Assembly: GCA_039715015.1 (NCBI GenBank)
Contig: JBDLIE010000059.1
Location: 1-15,464 of the forward strand
Direction: 5' to 3'
Origin: Thermodesulfobacteriota bacterium
GTDB lineage: Bacteria > Desulfobacterota > Desulfobulbia > Desulfobulbales > SURF-16
DNA: 15,464 bases
Shown: positions 1 to 6,563 of the stretch, piece by piece
How the letters are laid out: each line of letters starts with the position of its first letter
Position numbering within the stretch: position 1 is the first letter of the stretch
Position numbers and translations under genes: made by a program
Notes under the pieces: model-generated
Databases searched by the model: none
Told to the model about the DNA's origin: nothing
The model's input: the letters and a program-made list of their open reading frames with translations, nothing else

Positions 1-20
1 TAACATTACAATATACGGCG
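1..20 (-). other. attI: Candidate integron attI recombination site (truncated by window edge)
   Basis: The minus strand reads ...CGCCGTATATTGTAATGTTA-end. GTTA (4..1) is the start of a GTTRRRY core and is the only minus-strand GTT in the 162 bp upstream of intI. It is in the canonical position and orientation, upstream of and opposite to intI. A degenerate L box (CGTATAT/GTATATT) lies 5-6 bp before it. The last 3 bases of the core are outside the window. Confidence 0.7.
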
Positions 21-114
21 TGGGGTAATCGGTTATCGATTGGGGGCGGGGTATTCTAATCGGGCCCATGCTTTGTAATCGTATTTAGGGTTGCTAATTG
101 TTCGAATATTTTGG

Positions 115-143
115 ACTATGAAGTATCTGTTTTGTTAAGTCAA
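115..143 (-). promoter_or_regulatory. Candidate sigma-70 cassette promoter (Pc) firing toward attI
   Basis: Minus strand TTGACT (143..138), 17-bp spacer (137..121), CATAGT (120..115). The -35 matches 5/6 and the -10 matches 4/6, keeping the conserved A2 and T6. It points at the candidate attI about 110 bp away. Confidence 0.55.
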
Positions 144-162
144 TGAAAAAGGGTGTCAGGTT

Positions 163-1488
163 ATGGATTGGAATGCTTATGATGAACGAGTTGCTGTGGC
201 AGGCGTTCCTAGCAATCGTATCCAGTGGTATGGGCGATGGGCGCAGCGATTTGTGAAATTTTTGAGAGGTGATGTGGCTAAGACTGGGCCACATCAGGTC
301 AACGAGTTTCTGCGCAAACTCTATCATCGAGAGTTTCGTGAGGAGTGGCAGCTCATGCAGGCGGCTGAGGCATTACGATTGCTTTTTGAACAGGTTGGTA
401 ATGGACCATTGCTTGCTGTTTGGGATAAAAAGGTAGTTGTGCCTGGCCAGGTTATGCAGCAAGACGTTGGTGCCAAACTGGAATTTAAGGAGAAAAGAGC
501 CTCGCTTATAAATAAGCCGGTGCATGAGGTTGAGAGGGATATCCTGGAGCTGGTGCGGAGTGTTGCCCGGCTCAGACATTACTCGCCGCGCACTGAGCAG
601 TCCTATGAGGGGTGGATAAGGCGTTTTTTGTTTGAGAATCAGGGAAAGATGCTGGTCAAGCTCGGCGCTGCTGATGTTCGTGTTTTTCTCGAGTATTTGG
701 CTCGCAGGAAAAAGGTGGCGCCAAGTACTCAAAACCAGGCCTTAAACAGCCTGGTCTTCTTTTTTGATCAGGTTCTGGAGCGAACCTTGGGTGATATCGG
801 CAACTTTGCCCATGCTAAGAGATCAAAGCATTTACCTGTGGTACTCAGTGTTGACGAGGTACAGCGCCTGTTTTCCTGTTTGGCTGGTCTGCATCAGATC
901 ATGGCTGGCACGCTGTATGGCAGTGGCTTGCGGCTTATGGAGTGTATGCGTTTGCGGGTTATGGATGTGGATTTTGACCGTCAGGAGATCATAGTGCGCA
1001 ATGGTAAGGGTAAAAAGGATAGGGTGACCATTTTGCCGGGCCGCCATGTTCAGGCCTTGCAGGAACATCTGGAGCAAGTGAGGATGATCCATGATCGTGA
1101 CCTTGCCTTTGGCAATGGTAATGTCTATTTGCCTGAGGCATTGGCCCGAAAGTATCCAGGGGCCAGTAAGGAGTGGGGCTGGCAGTTTGTGTTCCCGGCC
1201 AGCAGAAATATGGTTGATAGCAGGAGTGGTGAGGTGCGGCGTCATCACCTGCATGAGAGTGTGTTGCAGCGCGCCATAAAGAAGGCTTCAAGTGAGGCGG
1301 ATATTGCCAAAAAGGTGAGCTGCCATGTGTTGCGTCACTCCTTTGCCACCCATATGCTGGAGAGTGGCTATGATATCCGGACCATTCAGGAGTTATTGGG
1401 CCATAGTGATGTGAGCACCACCATGATCTACACCCATGTCTTGAATAAAGGGGGCAAAGGGGTGCGTAGTCCGCTGGATAGTTTGTAG
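163..1488 (+). CDS. intI: Integron integrase (tyrosine recombinase), long form with N-terminal extension, 441 aa
   Basis: Catalytic residues are intact: R257 (YGSGLR), K282 (GKGKKDR), H388-x-x-R391 ([10 protein letters not shown]), LLGH414 and Y423 (TTMIYTHV). The IntI-specific insertion [26 protein letters not shown] is present, as is the typical C-terminus GVRSPLD. Confidence 0.97.
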   Translation: MDWNAYDERVAVAGVPSNRIQWYGRWAQRFVKFLRGDVAKTGPHQVNEFLRKLYHREFREEWQLMQAAEALRLLFEQVGNGPLLAVWDKKVVVPGQVMQQDVGAKLEFKEKRASLINKPVHEVERDILELVRSVARLRHYSPRTEQSYEGWIRRFLFENQGKMLVKLGAADVRVFLEYLARRKKVAPSTQNQALNSLVFFFDQVLERTLGDIGNFAHAKRSKHLPVVLSVDEVQRLFSCLAGLHQIMAGTLYGSGLRLMECMRLRVMDVDFDRQEIIVRNGKGKKDRVTILPGRHVQALQEHLEQVRMIHDRDLAFGNGNVYLPEALARKYPGASKEWGWQFVFPASRNMVDSRSGEVRRHHLHESVLQRAIKKASSEADIAKKVSCHVLRHSFATHMLESGYDIRTIQELLGHSDVSTTMIYTHVLNKGGKGVRSPLDSL

Positions 1489-1502
1489 TTTGACCAAGAG
1501 TC

Positions 1503-1548
1503 CCAATAAAAAAGCCCGGGCCATGATGGCTGCGGGCTTTTTTATTGG
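1503..1548. terminator. Bidirectional intrinsic terminator between convergent intI and valS
   Basis: Perfect 16-bp inverted repeat CCAATAAAAAAGCCCG (1503-1518) / CGGGCTTTTTTATTGG (1533-1548). A6/T6 tracts flank the GC stem, so both strands have a U-tail. Confidence 0.9.
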
Positions 1549-1566
1549 TGATGCTTATGAGGCAAT

Positions 1567-4233
1567 TTAGGCCAGGTCCTGGAGACGAGCGATGGAGTCG
1601 TCGATCTTGCTGAGTTTAGTGGTAAACTCTTCGAGCTTGGCCTTTTCTTTGGCAATGATGTCATCCGGGGCATTGGCCAGGAATTTCTCGTTATTAAGTT
1701 TGCCGTTGGTCTGGTTGTATTGCTTGTCTATCTTCTGCTTGCTCTTGTTAAGCTTAGCAATCTCCTTGTCGACATCGATCAGGCCCTTGAGGGGCACGTA
1801 GATCTCCATGTCTTCGAAGATGTAGGTAGCTGCGCCCTTGGGTACGGCGCCCGACTCGATAATTTCCAGGCTTGAGGTGCGGGTAAGGCCCATGATGGAG
1901 GTGCTATGCTCCCCAAGGCGCTGGCCTTTCTTAATGTCCGGGCAGATGGCAAAGGCCTCGATTTCGGCGGAGGGATGGATCTGCATCTCGCTTCTGATAT
2001 TACGGATACCACCGATGACGCCCATGATTAACTCGGCAGTCTCTTCAGCTTCGTTGTCATCCCAGTCCGGATTGGCCACCGGGTACGACTCGGTCATGAT
2101 GGTGGAGCGTTCACCTGGCAGAAAATGCCAGATCTCCTCTGTGACAAAGGGGGCAATGGGGTGGAGGAGTTTGAGGACGGCCTCAAGGACGGTGAAGAGC
2201 ACGGCCTGGGCCTCTGCCTTCTTGGTCGCATCGTCACCATAGAGGTCGGACTTGGTCCACTCCAGGTACCAGTCGCAGAACTCATGCCAGATAAACTGGT
2301 AGATACTGGAGGCGGTGTCGTTAAAGCGGAAGCCGGCCAGGGAGTCGTGGACCTCGTTGATCGCCTTGTTGAGGCGGCTTAAGATCCAGCGGTGGGCCAG
2401 GGCCATCTCTTTGGGCTGCACGTCGGCGGTGACGCTGGCGTCACAGGAGTTGATGTGCATCAGGCTGAAACGGGCGGCGTTCCAGATCTTGTTTATAAAG
2501 TGGCGGTAGCCTTCGATGCGTTCCTCGGAGAGCCTGATATCACGGCCCTGGGCGGCAAAGGCGGTCATGGTATAGCGCAGGGCATCGGTGCCATACTCAT
2601 CCATCACCACCAGGGGGTCAAGGACATTGCCGGTGGATTTGGACATCTTTTTGCCGTGCTTGTCGCGAACCAGGGCATGGAGGTAGACGTCCTTAAAGGG
2701 CACCTCATCCATGAAGTGGAGGCCCATCATCATCATCCGTGCCACCCAGAAGAAGAGGATGTCAAAGCTTGTGATCAGCACTGAGGTGGGGTAGAAGAAT
2801 TTCAGTTCCTCGCTGTTGTCCGGCCAGCCCAGGGTGGAAAAGGGCCACAGGGCTGAGGAGAACCAGGTGTCAAGGACATCGGTTTCTTGGCTCAGCTTGC
2901 TGGAGCCGCATTTGTCACAGCTGCTGGGGTCTGTTTCTTCCACCATGAGCTGGCCGCAGTCATCGCAGGTCCAGGCCGGGATCTGGTGGCCCCACCAGAT
3001 CTGGCGGGAGATACACCAGTCGCGGATATTGTTCATCCAGGCGTAGAAGGTGTTGTCCCAGGTCTTGGGGTGGATGTTGATATCGCCGCTGTGCACCGCT
3101 TTCACGGCCTTATCGGCCAGCGGTTTTACCGAGACAAACCATTGCAGGGAGGTGGTGGGCTCCACCACGGTGTGGCAGCGGTAGCAATTACCCACGGCAT
3201 GGTCGTAATCTTCGATTTCTTCTAGAAAACCCTGCTCTTCAAGATCGGCAACGATTTTCTTACGGCAGTCAAAACGGTCGAGACCAGCGTAGGCGCCGGC
3301 CGCGTCATTCATAATGCCGGAGTCATCCATGACCTTGATGATCTCCAGGTCGTGGCGCAGGCCGATTTCATAATCGTCGCGGTCATGGGCCGGGGTGACC
3401 TTAAGGGCGCCGGTGCCAAAGTCGCGCTGGACATGGTGGTCAAAGACCACGGGGATGGTGCGGTCGGTGAGGGGCAGTTTGATGCCGATATCTTTGAGGT
3501 GGTTGTAGCGTTCGTCATCAGGGTGGACGGCCACGCCGCTATCACCGAGCATGGTCTCAGGGCGGGTGGTGGCGACGATTACGTGGCCTGAGCCATCGGC
3601 AAAGGGATAACGGATATGGTAGAGTTTTCCCTTCTTGTCTTCGTGTTCAACCTCGTCATCAGCCAGGGCCGTGTGGCAGCGGGGGCACCAGTTGACGATA
3701 TAATCGCCTTTGTAGATCAGGCCTTCCTTGAAGAGGCGGACAAAGACGGTGCGCACGGCCTTGGACAGGCCTTCATCCATGGTAAAGCGTTCCCGGTCCC
3801 AATCACAGGAGCAGCCCAGATGCTTGAGCTGGTTGATGATGGTGCCGCCTTTTTCTTGACGCCACTGCCAGACCCGTTCGATGAATTTATCGCGGCCCAG
3901 GTCATGGCGAGTTTTGTCTTCGCTGGCAAGTTGGCGTTCAACAACATTCTGGGTGGCAATACCGGCATGGTCGGTGCCAGGAACCCAGAGGGCGTTAAGG
4001 CCCATCATCCGTTTATAGCGGATAAGGACATCCTGCAGGGTGTTGTTTAAGGCATGGCCAACATGGAGAACGCCGGTGACATTGGGGGGCGGAATAACAA
4101 TGGAGAAGCTGTCGCGTTCCGGGTCCATCTTGGCGCTGAAGGTTTTGTCTGCCTGCCAGGCGGCGTACCATCTCTTCTCTACTTCTTTGAACTCATAGGC
4201 CTTGGCCAGGGTTTCTGGGCTGCTTGTATCCAT
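1567..4233 (-). CDS. valS: Valine--tRNA ligase, 888 aa
   Basis: PPPNVTGVLHVGH (HIGH motif), GTDHAGIATQ, DWCISRQIWWGH, DVLDTWFSS, KMSKS motif, and a C-terminal coiled coil with KLNNEKFLANAP. Confidence 0.99.
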   Translation of the reverse strand: MDTSSPETLAKAYEFKEVEKRWYAAWQADKTFSAKMDPERDSFSIVIPPPNVTGVLHVGHALNNTLQDVLIRYKRMMGLNALWVPGTDHAGIATQNVVERQLASEDKTRHDLGRDKFIERVWQWRQEKGGTIINQLKHLGCSCDWDRERFTMDEGLSKAVRTVFVRLFKEGLIYKGDYIVNWCPRCHTALADDEVEHEDKKGKLYHIRYPFADGSGHVIVATTRPETMLGDSGVAVHPDDERYNHLKDIGIKLPLTDRTIPVVFDHHVQRDFGTGALKVTPAHDRDDYEIGLRHDLEIIKVMDDSGIMNDAAGAYAGLDRFDCRKKIVADLEEQGFLEEIEDYDHAVGNCYRCHTVVEPTTSLQWFVSVKPLADKAVKAVHSGDINIHPKTWDNTFYAWMNNIRDWCISRQIWWGHQIPAWTCDDCGQLMVEETDPSSCDKCGSSKLSQETDVLDTWFSSALWPFSTLGWPDNSEELKFFYPTSVLITSFDILFFWVARMMMMGLHFMDEVPFKDVYLHALVRDKHGKKMSKSTGNVLDPLVVMDEYGTDALRYTMTAFAAQGRDIRLSEERIEGYRHFINKIWNAARFSLMHINSCDASVTADVQPKEMALAHRWILSRLNKAINEVHDSLAGFRFNDTASSIYQFIWHEFCDWYLEWTKSDLYGDDATKKAEAQAVLFTVLEAVLKLLHPIAPFVTEEIWHFLPGERSTIMTESYPVANPDWDDNEAEETAELIMGVIGGIRNIRSEMQIHPSAEIEAFAICPDIKKGQRLGEHSTSIMGLTRTSSLEIIESGAVPKGAATYIFEDMEIYVPLKGLIDVDKEIAKLNKSKQKIDKQYNQTNGKLNNEKFLANAPDDIIAKEKAKLEEFTTKLSKIDDSIARLQDLA

Positions 4234-4364
4234 TAATTAAGCCACTAAAGCGGAATGTTGTTTTATGTTTACTAGGATAAGTGACTCGGAGTAAATCCGC
4301 GAAAATCGCTCCGAAACCTGCTTTCCTTTTTTTGTTTTTCCGGCAGAAATTGTGGGGTGAGTCA

Positions 4365-5426
4365 CTAGACCACGCTCCACGGTTTGGGGAAGAAAATTTG
4401 TGTATATAAATCAAGGGCATAACGGTCGGTCATGCCGGCAATAAAGTCACAGACCCGGCGGTGCCTGGGCGTGTCTTGCGGGTAGTTGATTTCAGCGCCC
4501 CACACCTCGCCTGAGGGCAGCTTGATGTCCTCCTCCATGAAGTATTCATAGAGCTCGCGCAGGATCTTCATGGCCTTTTTGAAATCATTATGGACCCGGC
4601 TGGTGCGGTACACGTTGTTGTAAAGATAGAGGCGGAGGGCGGCAATGGCCTCCAGCAAAACCGGACTCATGGCAAGGGTTCGGCCTTCTGTTTCATTGGT
4701 GCGGATGACCAGGTCGTTGACCATATTGGAGATGCGCTGGGAGTTCTTTTCACCGAGGATCTGGAGGATTTCTTTAAGCTCGCCCTTGATTTCCAGAATG
4801 CCGGCCCGGATGGCGTCATCAAGATCATGGTTAACGTAGGCCAGGATATCTGAAACACGGACCACCTGACCCTCCAGGGAATCGGGAAGGCTTGAAAGGT
4901 CAATGGGCAGAATATCTTTAAGGCCCTTGGAATGGCGGACAATGCCGTTGCGGACTTCATGGGTGAGGTTGAGGCCACGTCCCTTATTTTCTAAATAATC
5001 GACAACACGCAGGCTCTGCTCAAAATGACGGAAGCCGCCGGGGTAGAGTTTGTCTAACACTGATTCGCCGGCATGGCCAAAGGGAGTGTGGCCCAGGTCA
5101 TGGCCCAGGGCAATGGCCTCGATAAGATGCTCGTTAAGGCGCAGAGACACGCCAATGGTACGGGCAATTTGGGAGACCTCCAGGGCATGGGTCAATCTGG
5201 TGCGGTAATGGTCGCCTGTGGGGGAGAGAAAGACCTGGGTTTTATGGGTGAGACGGCGAAATGTTTTTGAGTGGATGATCCGGTCCCGGTCACGCTGGAA
5301 GGGCAGGCGGATGGGGCACTCTTCTTCTGGACGCATGCGACCCTCGCTGTTTTTGTTCAAACAGGCGTAAGGGGAGAGATTGTCTGCTTCTCTCTCCTGC
5401 ATTTCTAGGCGTAGGGTGGCGGACAT
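4365..5426 (-). CDS. dgt: Deoxyguanosinetriphosphate triphosphohydrolase-like HD-domain protein (short form), 353 aa
   Basis: FQRDRDRIIHSKTFRRL.HKTQVF, RTRLTHALEV, GHDLGHTPFGHAGE (HD motif), HDLDDAIRAG and DFIAGMTDRYA. Confidence 0.93.
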   Translation of the reverse strand: MSATLRLEMQEREADNLSPYACLNKNSEGRMRPEEECPIRLPFQRDRDRIIHSKTFRRLTHKTQVFLSPTGDHYRTRLTHALEVSQIARTIGVSLRLNEHLIEAIALGHDLGHTPFGHAGESVLDKLYPGGFRHFEQSLRVVDYLENKGRGLNLTHEVRNGIVRHSKGLKDILPIDLSSLPDSLEGQVVRVSDILAYVNHDLDDAIRAGILEIKGELKEILQILGEKNSQRISNMVNDLVIRTNETEGRTLAMSPVLLEAIAALRLYLYNNVYRTSRVHNDFKKAMKILRELYEYFMEEDIKLPSGEVWGAEINYPQDTPRHRRVCDFIAGMTDRYALDLYTQIFFPKPWSVV

Positions 5427-5522
5427 TTTTTTATTACAAAGAAGGGGTGAAATTTAAATGTAATTTTTTTTACGGCATGGGCTCCACAGCCCTTTATTTT
5501 CAAGGAAAATTTTACACACACA

Positions 5523-5581
5523 AAAACCGCAATAAGCAGAGAAAAGCAACTAAAAAAATGCCTTTCGCCTATTGCGGTTTT
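5523..5581 (-). terminator. Long hairpin, probable intrinsic terminator of the carbonic anhydrase gene
   Basis: Minus-strand RNA: AAAACCGCAAUAGGC-GAAAGGCA-loop-UGCUUUUC-(UCU bulge)-GCUUAUUGCGGUUUU, a stem of about 23 bp. Its two mismatches are G-U pairs only on the minus strand. It ends in a U5 tract and begins 47 bp after the stop codon. Confidence 0.7.
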
Positions 5582-5628
5582 GAAACAGCTTCCGTTGAAA
5601 GCTGTATGCTTATGTCTGAAAAGCTACC

Positions 5629-6417
5629 TTATTTGGCGTGTGAGCCAACGTGGGTAACGATCTCGGCCTTGCTGAGTTCATTAAGAACCGGATGGTTCAT
5701 GATCTCCTGGGGATGGGTGGTGCCGTTGACATTAACAACAACCAAAGAACCGCGGCCTTTGCCCCAAAGATTATTAAAATCATAGACAGCTCCCACAACG
5801 GCAAGCTCACCAGCGCCTATTTTGTCGGCATAGAGCTCCTGGGCTTTTTTGACCTGGAAATCAACATTGCGCTCAACGTTCTGGGCCCAGCGATCGTTGA
5901 AAGGACCCTGCTGGTCATCCATGGCAATTACGGGTTTTAAGGTGTCAAGCTCTGCCTTGATGCCGGAAGTCTCACCAGAGTAATCGCCCATGGCTGCCTT
6001 AACAGCACCGCAACTGGAGTGGCCAAGAACCAGAAGGACCTTGGTGGGCAGGTGATGGATGCCGTAATCAACGGAACCTTCAGAGTTTTCTATCTGGTTA
6101 CCGACGTTGCGGATGATAAAGATATTATTGTCCGGCTCAAAATCAAAAAGCTGCGTGTGAACCCGGGAGTCGGAGCAGGTAATTACCGTGATGGCAGGGA
6201 CCTGGCCGCTCTGAAAGGCGTCAAAATGGTTGTCGTGATGGGTATGACGAAAGGCATCATTCCCCTGGATAATTTTTTTAATTGTTGCTTGGGGCGTGGA
6301 AGGGGCTGTGGCAGGGCCGTGGCCACTGCCACCACCTGATGCGAGAACAGATGTTACCATGCCAAGAAGACCGCAGACAGCAAGTGTGAAGAATTTTGTT
6401 GGTGCGAATTTTTTCAT
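5629..6417 (-). CDS. Beta-class carbonic anhydrase with predicted Sec signal peptide, 262 aa
   Basis: Zn-ligand motifs CSDSRV (CxDxR) and HSSCGAV (HxxC), plus FIIRNVGN and GSVDYG. The N-terminus MKK...hydrophobic...VLA/S resembles a signal peptide. Strong SD AGGAGG upstream. Confidence 0.93.
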   Translation of the reverse strand: MKKFAPTKFFTLAVCGLLGMVTSVLASGGGSGHGPATAPSTPQATIKKIIQGNDAFRHTHHDNHFDAFQSGQVPAITVITCSDSRVHTQLFDFEPDNNIFIIRNVGNQIENSEGSVDYGIHHLPTKVLLVLGHSSCGAVKAAMGDYSGETSGIKAELDTLKPVIAMDDQQGPFNDRWAQNVERNVDFQVKKAQELYADKIGAGELAVVGAVYDFNNLWGKGRGSLVVVNVNGTTHPQEIMNHPVLNELSKAEIVTHVGSHAK

Positions 6418-6563
6418 GTCTCTCCTCCTAAAGAAAGATACAGCTAGAACGTGATATTAATAAATTCCCCATAACCGTATAAATACAGTAAAAACTGTGA
6501 CACCTTATACCTTATTAATTGGAAATTTAAATTCCGCTTTAAAAAAATATTAATTGAGCTTTT

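Noticed and set aside
31..48. GGTTATCGATTG as a Geobacter-type LexA box (GGTT-N2-C-N4-G-N3-ACC)
   Set aside because: The right half-site ACC is missing (GCG instead).
1..140. TAAC (1-4) ... GTTAAGT (134-140) read as an attC site on the + strand
   Set aside because: The intervening sequence has no extended self-complementarity. Position and orientation fit attI better.
4234..4364. T-box riboswitch upstream of valS
   Set aside because: Only 131 bp, with no TGGNACC T-box motif and no terminator with a U-tract before the ATG.
4365..5426. dGTPase as an anti-phage nucleotide-depletion system
   Set aside because: Short housekeeping-type sequence beside valS, with no defence-island context.
5523..5581. 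Bulged hairpin as an isolated attC site making the carbonic anhydrase a cassette
   Set aside because: No RYYYAAC / GTTRRRY boxes flank the stem. The U-tail and position fit a terminator.
6475..6498. LexA-like CTGT motifs upstream of the carbonic anhydrase gene
   Set aside because: Spacing is wrong (CTGT-N6-ACGG). The ACAGT-N4-ACTGT dyad is in the opposite arrangement and too short to call.
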